A DNA stretch of 53,562 bases from Gammaproteobacteria bacterium (lineage in GTDB: Bacteria; Pseudomonadota; Gammaproteobacteria; Ga0077536). The position numbers and the translations under genes are program-made. Of this stretch, positions 36,185 to 46,451 are shown one piece after another. The notes beneath the pieces are model-generated. The model saw nothing but the letters and a program-made list of their open reading frames with translations. It did no database searches and was not told the origin of the DNA. Location: NCBI GenBank assembly GCA_043744805.1, contig JAYTTZ010000247.1:1-53562 (forward strand), given 5' to 3'. Every line of letters starts with the position of its first letter. Positions within the stretch are counted from its first letter, which is position 1.

Positions 36185-37336
36185 ATGCACAAGACAAGAC
36201 ATTGGTCGCTGATCGCGACATTGGTCGCGTCCGCCGCTTCCGCTGCACCTGGCGTCGCCAGTGCAGCCGTGATCGGATTCCTCGGTAACTTCGACGTCAT
36301 CAACGACACCGGCGGCACCGCCCACGGGTTTGAAATCGAACTCGAAGGCCTGCACAGCAGCGACATTACGGACACCTTCGGCGGCGCGGGCCGTGGTTTT
36401 CCGAGCGGCCGTGGTTTCGACCCGAACATCGCGGTCCAGCGCTACGGCGCACCCACCGTCAGCGAATACAACGATGTCAACGGCACCTTCGTCGGCACCA
36501 AAGTCACCTACACGGGCTTGTTCGATCCTTCCAGCAGGCAGTGGGACTTCGGGACTCCCAGCGTCGGCAACGGCGTGTTCGCCACCCCGGGCGACAACTG
36601 CTGGACGGGTGGGGGCGTCGGCTACGGCGCGGGCACGCCGTGCGATCACTTTGGCGTGGGCACGACCCAGAACCCCACCAGGACGACTTACAACTGGCTG
36701 CTTGAAACCGGCACGCCGGGCACGCTCACCAATGGGCTCGCCACCCTGCCTGCGCCGGTGTGGACCGTGAGCCCGCCGCCGCCGCCCGTGGTGGACCCGG
36801 CCCTCCCGCCGCCGCCGCCCGCGCCGCCGATCGTCGCTGCCCTCATCAAGGCGCCCGATCCGATTGACAGCTTTGACTTCGGCGCTGCGCTGTGGGTGAA
36901 GATCTACACCACCGAGCTCGATCGTCCCGTTGGACTCGAGGAACTCATTGGTGGCAATCCGGTGGTTGACCAGGCCAAGACGGAAGTCGAATGGCAGCTG
37001 CTGCAGGTTGAACTCGGCAACGCGCTGTCCGGTTTCATCGAGAACGAGAAGCAGGCGGGCGCAAACGCCGAATCGGTGATCCGCCGCTACGAGTTCTTCA
37101 AGTACAGCGGTGAGTACGACGGCCAATCCCATGAAGCCAACCTGGATCGGGGGATTGATCCCCTGGGCCGTCTCTACGGAGACTCCAACCCCGCGCCGAC
37201 CGACGTCGGCACCTACCTGGGTGCGCAGAACGGCGCGGTCAACCTGGGTGACGTCTCGCCAGTGCCACTGCCGGTGCCGCTCCTGATGTTTGCCCCGGCC
37301 CTCGCGGGCCTCGTGTTCAAGCGCCGTCGCGCTTGA
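36185..37336 (+). CDS. Secreted protein with VPLP-type (PEP-CTERM-like) C-terminal sorting signal
   Basis: Signal peptide ending ASA; poly-Pro linker; C-terminus VPLPVPLLMFAPALAGLVFKRRRA (motif, TM, basic tail). Confidence 0.85.
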   Translation: MHKTRHWSLIATLVASAASAAPGVASAAVIGFLGNFDVINDTGGTAHGFEIELEGLHSSDITDTFGGAGRGFPSGRGFDPNIAVQRYGAPTVSEYNDVNGTFVGTKVTYTGLFDPSSRQWDFGTPSVGNGVFATPGDNCWTGGGVGYGAGTPCDHFGVGTTQNPTRTTYNWLLETGTPGTLTNGLATLPAPVWTVSPPPPPVVDPALPPPPPAPPIVAALIKAPDPIDSFDFGAALWVKIYTTELDRPVGLEELIGGNPVVDQAKTEVEWQLLQVELGNALSGFIENEKQAGANAESVIRRYEFFKYSGEYDGQSHEANLDRGIDPLGRLYGDSNPAPTDVGTYLGAQNGAVNLGDVSPVPLPVPLLMFAPALAGLVFKRRRA

Positions 37337-37641
37337 TTCGATCGAACGCCGGCCCTGGTGGCCGGGGTTCGCTTTATCCCCGACGCCCGTCCAACGCAGA
37401 TCCATGCGCACGCCGTGATGGCGTGGCGCCAGCCTCCCTTCCCAATTCACCCCCCACCTGACGAGCCCACCGGGTTCCCGCGTTCGCGCGGGTCGAGATT
37501 GCACTGCCCACGAGCAAGCCGGGCGCCACTTTCCACGTTCCTCCTCCGAATGAAGGTAAAAAAAACGCGATGCCGCAGCGCATGAATGCGCCTGTGGACG
37601 CGAGTCCCTACCATTCCTCCAATGCCAGCGAAGGAAATCCC

Positions 37642-39183
37642 ATGAGGCTTGAACGGACGCTGCAGCACCTGGTGCTGTGCCTTGCCAGCGTGCTACCCGT
37701 GCAGGCCACGGCCGACGTGGTGGACGACATGCTCTCGACGATTGATCGCGGCATGGCCACCTTCAATCCCATCGGCACCTATGTGCGCAAGCCCATCGAA
37801 CGGCTTTCACCGCGCCTCACCTTCAAGGGTTATCTGCGCCAGTCCACCGACGTGCTCATCGAGCCGCACGCAACGGTCGGCTTTCGCGCGCAGGATTTCC
37901 GCTTCCTGCAGCTGCAGAACCTGCTTGAGCTGAAGACCGGCTACAACGTGATGCCGGGGCTTGATTTTAATGCCGTGGTGCACGGCATGTACGACGGGGT
38001 CTACGACTGGCAGCAGTCGAAAGGCCTGTACGCCGATCGCACGGATCGCACTGCAGCCGTCTATAACACGGCCGAGCGCACGCTCCGCGAGCTCTATGTG
38101 AGCTACCGGACGCCGGGTTTCGACCTCCTGGTCGGCAAGCAGCAGGTGTCCTGGGGCAAGATGGACGGACAGTTCATCGACATCATCAATGCGATGGACC
38201 GGCGCGAAGCCGCGCAGCTCGAAAGCGAAGACTACGAATGGCGGCGCCTGCCGACCTGGATGGTCAACACCACCTTGCACTTCGGCCTCAATTCCCTGCA
38301 GCTGTTGTACATCTTCGGCTTCGAGGAAGACCGCCAGGCGCAACCCGGATCACCGTGGTATTCGCCCTCTTTCCCACCGTCACCGCTTGAACTGCGCCGG
38401 CCCTTGAGGCATCCGGAGGACGGGGATTTTGGCGATCATGAATTCGGCATGCGCTTCGACCGCGCGGTGGGCGCGCTGACCTACGGCTTCGTCTATGCCT
38501 ACCTGTGGGATCGGAATCCGACCGACCACGTGGTGGGCACGGGCTTCGTGGGCGGACGGCGCGTCCTGGAAGTGGAAGGACGCCATGAACGCCTGCATCA
38601 CTTCGGCGCGACGGCGGACTATGCGACGACGCTCCCGCAGCTGCCTTACCTCGGCGCCCTGCCAGCAGTGTTCCGGGTGGAAGCGCTCTACACCAAGGAC
38701 GTACGCTACGTGGACTATGCGCGCCAGGCGGCGGTACTCGCGGGCCTGAAAGGCGACGATGCCACGGATCTCCACGACACCATCCGTGCCGCCGTCGCCG
38801 GTGAGTTCGGCCTGCCCAACAACACGACGCTCATCTTCCAGGCCTCGCTCTACCAGACGCTCGACTGGCGCAAGTCGCAGGGCTACGGCTTTGGCGGGGG
38901 CATCGGCGACGAATGGACGCTCATCCCGCTGGTGTATCTCTCGCATCCGTTTGGCTTCACCCGCGATCGCATGAGCGCCCAGCTCACAATCTTCCCCATG
39001 CTGAGTGGCCCGGTGCAGGAATGGCAGGGCGTGAAGACCAAGCTGCGGGTGAAGTACAAGTTCTCGCAGTTCATCACCGGCCAGCTCGTCTACAACAGCT
39101 ACGACGCCGGCGATCCCGGCGACTACTACGGCCAGTACGACAAGTGGGACAACTTTGGCTGGGAACTTTCCTATGAATTCTGA
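37642..39183 (+). CDS. DUF1302-like outer-membrane beta-barrel
   Basis: Signal peptide; LRELYVSY...VGKQQVSWGKMDG...DIIN; C-terminal ELSYEF BAM-type signal. Confidence 0.8.
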   Translation: MRLERTLQHLVLCLASVLPVQATADVVDDMLSTIDRGMATFNPIGTYVRKPIERLSPRLTFKGYLRQSTDVLIEPHATVGFRAQDFRFLQLQNLLELKTGYNVMPGLDFNAVVHGMYDGVYDWQQSKGLYADRTDRTAAVYNTAERTLRELYVSYRTPGFDLLVGKQQVSWGKMDGQFIDIINAMDRREAAQLESEDYEWRRLPTWMVNTTLHFGLNSLQLLYIFGFEEDRQAQPGSPWYSPSFPPSPLELRRPLRHPEDGDFGDHEFGMRFDRAVGALTYGFVYAYLWDRNPTDHVVGTGFVGGRRVLEVEGRHERLHHFGATADYATTLPQLPYLGALPAVFRVEALYTKDVRYVDYARQAAVLAGLKGDDATDLHDTIRAAVAGEFGLPNNTTLIFQASLYQTLDWRKSQGYGFGGGIGDEWTLIPLVYLSHPFGFTRDRMSAQLTIFPMLSGPVQEWQGVKTKLRVKYKFSQFITGQLVYNSYDAGDPGDYYGQYDKWDNFGWELSYEF

Positions 39184-40513
39184 GCGGACCGGCCTTTCCT
39201 GCGTGCGTGCATGCTGCCGCATGGGCCTGGTGCTGTTGGCGCTGGGCACCGGCGCGGCGACGGCCGGCGAACAGACCTGGCGCACTCTGGACCAGCTCAC
39301 CACCGAAGAGCGCACCCAACTCGACTTCGCCACCAGCACGCCGCGCGACGCCAGGCTGCCCTACATCCCGGCCGAGCCCTGGCCGTTCCAGGCACCGTAC
39401 TCGGCGGAGGAAATGGGTTACCGCGCCTCCGAGTTCGTGCACGTCGCGCGCTGGCCACACAGTCTCGTCGATGTGTACGGGGTCATCACCAGCAGTGGCT
39501 ACATCAACCAGGGCGCGGGTGTGACCTACGTCAAGTTCTATACGAAGCCCGGCTTCGAGTCCTATGTCCACGATCTGCCGGCCGGGCAGGTGTATTCCCG
39601 CTGGCTCATCTACAGCACGTTCCCGCCGCAGTCCGAAGCCGAGCAACAGCTGTGGGTGCCGTATCGCACGGACGCCGAGAACCGCACGAAGATGGAGTTC
39701 TTCGTCTACTCGCCCAGCCTGCGCAAGGTGCGACGCCAACCACAGCCACGCCGCGACGAGCGTTTCCCCGACAACGCGCAGACCTTCGATGATGTGGTGG
39801 GGCGCGATCCGTGGGAGTTCAGCTGGGCCCTGGTGGGAGCGGACGTGATCAAGCACACCGTTCGTTTCCCCGACACGCGGCCCACGGTGGTCCTCAACGT
39901 GGCCGGCAAGGGCTACGTGGAAACCCAGTCCGCCGACCTCAAGCCCATGGGCGATAACTATCCGTACTACCAGCCCGATGGCGGCATCGATTGCTGGGTG
40001 GTGAAGGCAACGGTGAAGGACGATCTCCTGCCCGGCTACAACGAGCACACGCTCGTGTACTGGCTGGACAAGCATTATTTCTACCCGCTGCGCATGGAAA
40101 AATACAACGCGAAGGGCGAGCTCATGATGATCGAAGTCCGCAACGCCAGGCAGGAAAACCCTGCGCGCGGCGAGTTCGGCTATGCGGCCTTCATGAGCAT
40201 TTACTGGGACATCGAGCACGACATCATCAGTTACAGCGTGCACGACGGCCACCAACCGCAGGAGTGGACGGCCGAGCAGACGGGGATGATGTTCACGCCC
40301 GAGTTCATGCGTCGCCAGTGGTTGGTGGAACCGATTCGCTCGCAGATGCTGATCGACGATCCGCGCCAATACTTCCTGCGTCCGGAGCTCTACACGGGGC
40401 GGTTCCCCGAGCTCCGCAAGATTGTCCTTACCCCGGACTTGCAGGCGAGGGTGCTGGCCCAGGAAGCGGCGGGGCACCTCGTGTTCGAAACCGCTGGTGC
40501 CGCTGCGAAGTAG
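39173..40513 (+). CDS. DUF1329 / LolA-like periplasmic protein
   Basis: Signal peptide; YSPSLRKVRRQ, TFDDVVGR, YWLDK, FTPEFM. The start could be 39221. Confidence 0.75.
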   Translation: MNSERTGLSCVRACCRMGLVLLALGTGAATAGEQTWRTLDQLTTEERTQLDFATSTPRDARLPYIPAEPWPFQAPYSAEEMGYRASEFVHVARWPHSLVDVYGVITSSGYINQGAGVTYVKFYTKPGFESYVHDLPAGQVYSRWLIYSTFPPQSEAEQQLWVPYRTDAENRTKMEFFVYSPSLRKVRRQPQPRRDERFPDNAQTFDDVVGRDPWEFSWALVGADVIKHTVRFPDTRPTVVLNVAGKGYVETQSADLKPMGDNYPYYQPDGGIDCWVVKATVKDDLLPGYNEHTLVYWLDKHYFYPLRMEKYNAKGELMMIEVRNARQENPARGEFGYAAFMSIYWDIEHDIISYSVHDGHQPQEWTAEQTGMMFTPEFMRRQWLVEPIRSQMLIDDPRQYFLRPELYTGRFPELRKIVLTPDLQARVLAQEAAGHLVFETAGAAAK

Positions 40514-41429
40514 TCACCTGCAGCGTGCGACCTGGGCCTGGCTGTGGCTGGCGACCCTCGTCGCCGGCTGCGAACGGACGCCGGATCCCCGGCGTCACGG
40601 CGAACCTGCGGGCCCCTACGATCTCAGCCTCGTACTCGGACCGCCTGCGCCGGTTGCCGGCATGGACACGACGCTGCGCTTCGAACTGCGGACCCGGCGT
40701 GACCAGCTGCCAGTGCAGGACCTGCAAGTGGTGCACGAACGACGCCTGCATACGTTCATCGTGGCGCAGGACTTTGGCAGCTTCGCGCACCTCCACCAGG
40801 AAGACAGCGCACCGCTGTCAGCGGCCGATCTCGCGGCGGGCCGGTTCAGTTTTGTGTATCGCTTTCCCACCGCCGGTGCATACCTCGTCCAAAGCGAATT
40901 CACGCACCGCGACCGCGGCTGGCAGCAGCGCTTCGAGCTCGATGTTGCCGGCGCGCCTGAACCACCGCGCGCACTGGACAAGTCCCGTACCCAGCAGGTC
41001 GGCGCCTACCGCGCGACGCTTGCCGTGGCACCCGATCCACCCCGGGCAGGGCAGGAAACGGCCATGGCCTTGCGGCTCGAACGCAACGGAAGCCCGGTGA
41101 CCGATCTCCAGCTGCTGCTCGGATCGGAAGTCCACGTGGCCGTCTGGTCGCTGGACGGTCGACGATTCGCACACACCCACAGCTACACCGCGGGCATGGC
41201 GGCGATGATGGACAAGATGCGCTCCCATGGCGGATCGGCCGCGGCCCATCTCGCCATGATGCTGGCCGAGTCGACCGCGCCGGCGAGGCTTGAATTCCCC
41301 GGTCCTGAAGTACCGGTGCGGCAGGTGTTTCCCGGGAGCGGCACTTACGTGGTGTTCATGCAGGTGGCGCCGGGGGGCAGGCCGATGGTGCTGCGCTTCG
41401 TGCTCGACGTCGCGCCTTCTGGGCAATGA
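40497..41429 (+). CDS. Lipoprotein with two His-bearing Ig-like (YtkA-like) putative metal-binding domains
   Basis: Lipobox VAGC; VVHERRLH...FAHLH and EVHV...FAHTH; two FPxxGxY motifs; Met/His loop MAAMMDKMRSHGGSAAAHLAMM. GTG start inferred. Confidence 0.7.
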   Translation: MPLRSSHLQRATWAWLWLATLVAGCERTPDPRRHGEPAGPYDLSLVLGPPAPVAGMDTTLRFELRTRRDQLPVQDLQVVHERRLHTFIVAQDFGSFAHLHQEDSAPLSAADLAAGRFSFVYRFPTAGAYLVQSEFTHRDRGWQQRFELDVAGAPEPPRALDKSRTQQVGAYRATLAVAPDPPRAGQETAMALRLERNGSPVTDLQLLLGSEVHVAVWSLDGRRFAHTHSYTAGMAAMMDKMRSHGGSAAAHLAMMLAESTAPARLEFPGPEVPVRQVFPGSGTYVVFMQVAPGGRPMVLRFVLDVAPSGQ

Positions 41430-42013
41430 GGCGGGTCGTCGCCTTGTGGCTGTTGCTGTCCTTGCCCGGCATCGCCATGGCAGGTCACGGCCTGATGAAC
41501 GCCTTCTCAGGCATCGCGTGGTTGCCCGACCCCGGCCTTGCGCCCGACAGCCTCTGGTATCCCGTGCAGCGCTGGACCGAACAACTGCGCTTTGCTGCCC
41601 TGTCCGATCCGACGGCGCGCCTGCGCTTCAGCCTTGGTCGCGCCCGCATGCATCTGGCGACTGCCGAGGCGCTGGCGGCGCACGGCAGGCAGGGTGCAAT
41701 GCAGGTGGCGCTGGGCGCCTGGCAGGAGAACCTGGATCGGGCTTTCGCTGCTGTCGAGGGCTTGCCCTCCTCGGCGCGCCTCGCGTTGCTGGATGAGATC
41801 CTCGAGCAACAGTACATCGCTTCCACCGATTACCTCGACCTGCCGCGGACGACGCGGCGTCCGCTGCGTGATGCCTTGCAGTGGCTGGGGGCACGCTATG
41901 CGACCTTGGCTGCGGGCTTGTCCCGCCAGGATCGCGAGGCGCGATTCGCGCGTGAAGAGGAAGTTCGGTGGTCCATGTCGATGACTGCGGCGGCCGACGA
42001 ACAAGGCCTGTAA
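41426..42013 (+). CDS. Secreted DUF5667-like helical protein
   Basis: Signal peptide AMA-GHG; PGLAPDSLWYPVQRWTEQLR...HLATAE. ATGA overlap with the previous gene. Confidence 0.7.
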   Translation: MRRVVALWLLLSLPGIAMAGHGLMNAFSGIAWLPDPGLAPDSLWYPVQRWTEQLRFAALSDPTARLRFSLGRARMHLATAEALAAHGRQGAMQVALGAWQENLDRAFAAVEGLPSSARLALLDEILEQQYIASTDYLDLPRTTRRPLRDALQWLGARYATLAAGLSRQDREARFAREEEVRWSMSMTAAADEQGL

Positions 42014-42064
42014 GCCGACGGCGGCTGGGCTTGCGGCGTGGGCGGGCACGGCGTCGCTGGCGAA

Positions 42065-42260
42065 CTACCGGATGAGGTTCCGGTCGCGATCTTTCCAGTC
42101 CGCGCTTTGCATCAGCCGGAGGAAGTCGTCGCCGCCCACGTGTCCCACGCAGTCATTGCGTGGATCGCAGGGGCTGGCGCAAGTACGCACTAGCCACCCG
42201 ATCACCTCGTCGCTGCGCCCGTGGCCGCCCGACGTCCCGCCCGGTCGCCGGCCCCCGTTC
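42065..42260 (-). pseudogene. Decayed GGDEF-domain fragment
   Basis: GHGRSDEVI...DCVGHVGGDDFLRLMQSADW resembles the GDxVI...FVGHIGGDDF segment of diguanylate cyclases. The rest of the domain is missing. Confidence 0.65.
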
Positions 42261-42329
42261 AGCGCGGCTACACTGCCCGCACGAATACCGCGCAAGCTGG
42301 CGCTTGTTCCCGAGGAAGCCACCCCCGCC

Positions 42330-42956
42330 ATGAATCAAACGCGACGTGACTGCGCGCTGCGTCTCCTCCTCGCCTGGGGCGTGCTGTCGGCCCTGGGTTT
42401 CTGGCTGGGACCGCGCTGCCTTGAAGCCATCGCGCCTTCATTGACAGCGGGTGTGCGCCTGCTGCAACCGGAACTGACCTCGCAGGCCGGCGTTGCGCCA
42501 GCACCTACCGGGGAAGCCCTGGTGCTGGAAACCCAAGTTGCGATCCCGGTGCCGATGGGGGACTCGCAAAGCATCCCTACGGGCACGCCGATCCGGGCAG
42601 AGGTGAGCGTGATCCACGCCCTGGTGCCGGTGGTGCTCTTGCTGAGCGTGAGTGCCGGCGCGCCGGCGCGGAACTGGCGTGAGCGCGCGCTCGCCTGCGC
42701 CATCGCCGTGCCGCTGGCGGTGGCGACGGCCTGGATGATTTCCCTGCTGCACTTGTTGGGACTCATCCAGTTGCAGATCCAGATGACGGCTGAACAGTTG
42801 GGCATCGCCCACCAGCCCGGGGTATTGCTCAACCTGCTGCTGTTCCTCGAAGGAGGTGGCCGGTGGCTGCTACCGGCCTTGCTCGGCTTGTTTCCGGGCG
42901 CGCTGGCGCGAGGGATGCACGGCGCGGGGACCGTCGAGAGGCGGGGGGCGCTTTGA
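42330..42956 (+). CDS. Membrane protein, putative exosortase-associated companion
   Basis: About 4 TM helices with a periplasmic loop; NWRERAL and FLEGGGRWLLP. Its topology resembles exosortases but there is no catalytic GC motif. The companion role is from recall and is unverified. Confidence 0.55.
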   Translation: MNQTRRDCALRLLLAWGVLSALGFWLGPRCLEAIAPSLTAGVRLLQPELTSQAGVAPAPTGEALVLETQVAIPVPMGDSQSIPTGTPIRAEVSVIHALVPVVLLLSVSAGAPARNWRERALACAIAVPLAVATAWMISLLHLLGLIQLQIQMTAEQLGIAHQPGVLLNLLLFLEGGGRWLLPALLGLFPGALARGMHGAGTVERRGAL

Positions 42957-45900
42957 TGCCTGCACTTCGATCGGCCAGAGACTTGTTTCGTACTCCATGG
43001 TCCGCCCGCACGGTTGCGCGCCGCGACGAGGTCGCGTGGTTCGCGCAGAACAACTGCAGGCGCCGCCTGGCGCTGTCCAGGTTGGAGCAGGATCTGCTGT
43101 TCGCTGGCGAGCATCCTTTGCGGCTTGCCTTCTCGCTGCTGGCTTTGCAGATTGCGCTGCTGGTGTTGGCGGCAGTGCTTCCAAAGGGTTGGTTCGCGCC
43201 CGCCTGGCTCAAGTGGGAGGCCGCAGAACAACTGACCCATTTCTCTACTGTGTGGACGATCCAGGCGACGCTGGCTGCGCTGGTCTACCCGATCGTGATC
43301 TCCTTCGTTGCCGTCTACTTGCAACGCAGGCCAGCGGCGGAGGCCTTCATTCATCTCTACATGCTTGATTCGGGCGGGCTTGCAGCGGGTCTGTCCTCGC
43401 TAGGCTTGGTTGTCGTGATGGGCGTCCAGTACCTCATGTTGAGCACATGGGGAACGGCTTGGCTTCCTGGCTGGGCGGCAATCGACACCGGCTGGTTCGT
43501 CCTGAATGCCGCGCTTACGACGTTCTTTTTGTACAGAACGGTGGAGTTTCTCCGGCCAGAAGTGCAGGTCAGGGTCATCCAGCGCTACACCGTCAACGTG
43601 GCGCTGCCCAGAGACGTGCAGCGCTTGAACTCATTTCAAGTGTTGGCCAGCGGCATTGCGAAGGGCTGGTTTCCGGTGCCGTCCTATGGGGACGACAAGG
43701 CCCCGGAAGGGCCGCGCATGCTGATTGGCAGGGGGTTCCGGGAGGGTGATATCCAGGGCGAACTGCGCCTGCGGGCGCAGGCTCGATTGGTGGACGTTCG
43801 GATCTGGGTTGTCAGGCTGGTTGTTGAATCCTGGTACCGCCGCGCACTGGCATCCCCTCGGCCGGACAAGCCGGAAGCGTTTGGTGTCAACAAGTCTTGG
43901 CCATTGCTCACGTTGCCGATGAGTCCCGGCACGGTCTACGAAAGCGAGTTGCCTCTCGCCATGGTGGCAGACGGCCCGGAGCTCTTATCTTGGCAGCGCT
44001 GGCTGCTGCGCTGGTCGGTAGTGCTGCATCCGACATCCCGGGAGAGGTATGGCATCCGGGTTGAAGCCATCCTCGGTGAGTTGGCAGCCGATGCGCGAAA
44101 CATGGCAGCCAAGCCCGACAACGAGGGATTTGAGCGCGCCTATAGCGCGCTGATCGACTTGCATGGGCTGCTTCTGGCGGCCTGTCTGGACAAGACGGAG
44201 TCCGGCGAGCAAGGCAGCTGGGCGCTCCTGCCGGATTCGCAAAGTATCTTCGATCGAACCCTGCACAAGAACTGGAGCAACGTCTATCGCGGCATCTTCG
44301 AGGCTGCGATCGAGGGCATGGTCCGAGACACCCGGCCACTGCGTCGCTTGTGCCAACTTCTGCTGCATCTTGATGACGACGAGCTTCGCGCATCACCCGT
44401 CGAGATCCGGGAACACCTGATCCAGATGCCGCCGCTGATGATGTTCCAGCTCAGCAACTGGTGGGCCTTCAGGGTCGAAGAGCAGGGGATCATCGAGCAC
44501 AGTCACAAGCAGATGGTGCTGCTGCGGCCGCCGCTCAACCGTGTCTATGAGGAGGTGCTCTCCACCTTCGTTGCGGGATGGGAGAACGGGCGGCCGGACA
44601 AGCCTCGGCGAAATGGCGACGCGCATGCGCTGGACTGGGCAACGTTGCCTGCATTGGCACGCCTAAACGTCAGGCACATCGAAGAGACGGCTCGGATGCT
44701 GCTCGCGGCCGTGTTGCGCGGTGACCAGGCTGCCGCTGAATGGTTGGCTGACGTGCTCAGCAAGTGGTGGGACACGTTGGCCTTCGATCACGATCCGTAC
44801 GAGCTCTACGACAAGACGGCGTTCATCACCATTGACGATCTCGGGCTGGCTTGGCCTGCGTTCTGCACGAAGTTTGGCCTGGAGGCAGATGATGCTGCTT
44901 CACAGGAGCGCTTGAGGCCAGTACTGCAGCAGGGCGCCTTCCAAGCCGCCCTGCGAAACTACTGGACCGATGTGCGCTTGCTGACCATCGAGCTGATGCT
45001 CGACTGGGTCCGAGCCGTGCCGGCAGCATCTGCCAGCGGTTCATTGGCTTTCGAGATCGCCGCCGGGCTTTTGTCCGGTAAGCAGTGGAAGAGCGGCGGT
45101 CAGGCGGTTGACTCGCTCAGCGACTGGTCGCCGCCCGAGTACCTGGTTGCAAAGGTGCGCCAGTTCGCGGCATCCGGCGAATGGCGTGGCGGCTATGTGG
45201 GGCGCTTGGACCGGTTCGTAGAGCGCGTTAAGGGTATGCACAGACCCAACATGGTCAGTTCGCGTGTGTACTCCTTTGGTGGCGCAGACGATGTGGAGTC
45301 GCTTCAGGAGTCTCAGTTGGAGCTGTTTGCAATTCTGGCCACTGGAGCCTGGAGCTTGCCTCGCTCGCTGCAGCGGCAACTGGATGTCTGGTTCGATGCC
45401 CGCTTTAATCAGTACAGCAGCATCGACATTGTTCGTGGCCGGCTGAAGAGCTGGCTCGAACGTTTGGACGCGCAGCCTGGCCTGTCGGTTGAGCACATCG
45501 ACCTCATGAAGGCGCGCGTCAAGCCTGGAGTGCCGGCGCAGACGGCCATCGCCCAAGTGAAGGCTGGCCTTCTCGCGGCCCAGCAGGCGTTAGAGGATCG
45601 GCGCGAAGAGACGCTGGCCGCTCAGCCGATTGACCCAAATCGACTTCTGGAGATCGGGCGCTATGCGTCTACCGCAGCGTTCAGCAAGGAGAAGGGGCGC
45701 TTCCCGGTCCACCTGTTCTCGATCGGAAGCACGGCCGAGAACTTGGAGGACTTCACGCTTACCTTCACACAGGTGCGTCGCGGCGAGCTGACACAGCTAC
45801 AGATGGACCAGCGGGCCGTGAACGAGGCGGAGTACTTCGCTGATGCCATGGCCCAGCAGGTTGCCATCGTCGTGCTGAACGATGTCCTGTACCGATCGGA

Positions 45901-46366
45901 CATCAAGGAGATCGAGGTCCAGGACGGCGATGCCTACTGGAAAGCGTTGCAGGCGCAGGCCGGCCTCATTGTGGCGAAGGGCGGAACGCCGACCCTTCTG
46001 CTGGACAATGCAGCCCGCCCCGACTGGGTGTGGAACTGGCAGCACGCGGATCTCGACGCTACGTACAAGCGGCCCGACGATCTCCAGGTCAGGCGCCGTG
46101 AAGGGCGAGGCGCCGGGTACCAATGTGACTTCAACGACATCGAGGTCTATGTTGCGCCGCTTCCAATCGGCCAGTCACTTCTACTGTCCAGTTTGGCGTG
46201 CCGCGCATTGACGTTCACTGATTACGGAAAGGGTCGGTTTGTGCGGGCCGAGGTGGTCGGGTTGGAGGTCGGTAAGAATTTGGTTGACCTCAAGCTTACC
46301 TTCTCGCGAAAAGTCGAAGTCGGAGAACTTCGGGCGGTCAGGTTGGCGTATGCGCCAAGCAAGTGA
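42956..46366 (+). CDS. Large hypothetical protein (1136 aa): about 4 N-terminal TM helices plus a long soluble region
   Basis: Uninterrupted 3.4-kb ORF. ATG overlaps the upstream stop (TGATG). Hydrophobic segments are confined to the first 200 or so residues. No catalytic motif recognised. Confidence 0.85.
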   Translation: MPALRSARDLFRTPWSARTVARRDEVAWFAQNNCRRRLALSRLEQDLLFAGEHPLRLAFSLLALQIALLVLAAVLPKGWFAPAWLKWEAAEQLTHFSTVWTIQATLAALVYPIVISFVAVYLQRRPAAEAFIHLYMLDSGGLAAGLSSLGLVVVMGVQYLMLSTWGTAWLPGWAAIDTGWFVLNAALTTFFLYRTVEFLRPEVQVRVIQRYTVNVALPRDVQRLNSFQVLASGIAKGWFPVPSYGDDKAPEGPRMLIGRGFREGDIQGELRLRAQARLVDVRIWVVRLVVESWYRRALASPRPDKPEAFGVNKSWPLLTLPMSPGTVYESELPLAMVADGPELLSWQRWLLRWSVVLHPTSRERYGIRVEAILGELAADARNMAAKPDNEGFERAYSALIDLHGLLLAACLDKTESGEQGSWALLPDSQSIFDRTLHKNWSNVYRGIFEAAIEGMVRDTRPLRRLCQLLLHLDDDELRASPVEIREHLIQMPPLMMFQLSNWWAFRVEEQGIIEHSHKQMVLLRPPLNRVYEEVLSTFVAGWENGRPDKPRRNGDAHALDWATLPALARLNVRHIEETARMLLAAVLRGDQAAAEWLADVLSKWWDTLAFDHDPYELYDKTAFITIDDLGLAWPAFCTKFGLEADDAASQERLRPVLQQGAFQAALRNYWTDVRLLTIELMLDWVRAVPAASASGSLAFEIAAGLLSGKQWKSGGQAVDSLSDWSPPEYLVAKVRQFAASGEWRGGYVGRLDRFVERVKGMHRPNMVSSRVYSFGGADDVESLQESQLELFAILATGAWSLPRSLQRQLDVWFDARFNQYSSIDIVRGRLKSWLERLDAQPGLSVEHIDLMKARVKPGVPAQTAIAQVKAGLLAAQQALEDRREETLAAQPIDPNRLLEIGRYASTAAFSKEKGRFPVHLFSIGSTAENLEDFTLTFTQVRRGELTQLQMDQRAVNEAEYFADAMAQQVAIVVLNDVLYRSDIKEIEVQDGDAYWKALQAQAGLIVAKGGTPTLLLDNAARPDWVWNWQHADLDATYKRPDDLQVRRREGRGAGYQCDFNDIEVYVAPLPIGQSLLLSSLACRALTFTDYGKGRFVRAEVVGLEVGKNLVDLKLTFSRKVEVGELRAVRLAYAPSK

Positions 46367-46451
46367 GTCAGGGCGCGGCAGAACTGGTGTGGCTGGAAGC
46401 ATTGGCCGCACCAGATCGCGCTTAGCGCCCATCGATCAGGAAGTTTTTAAC

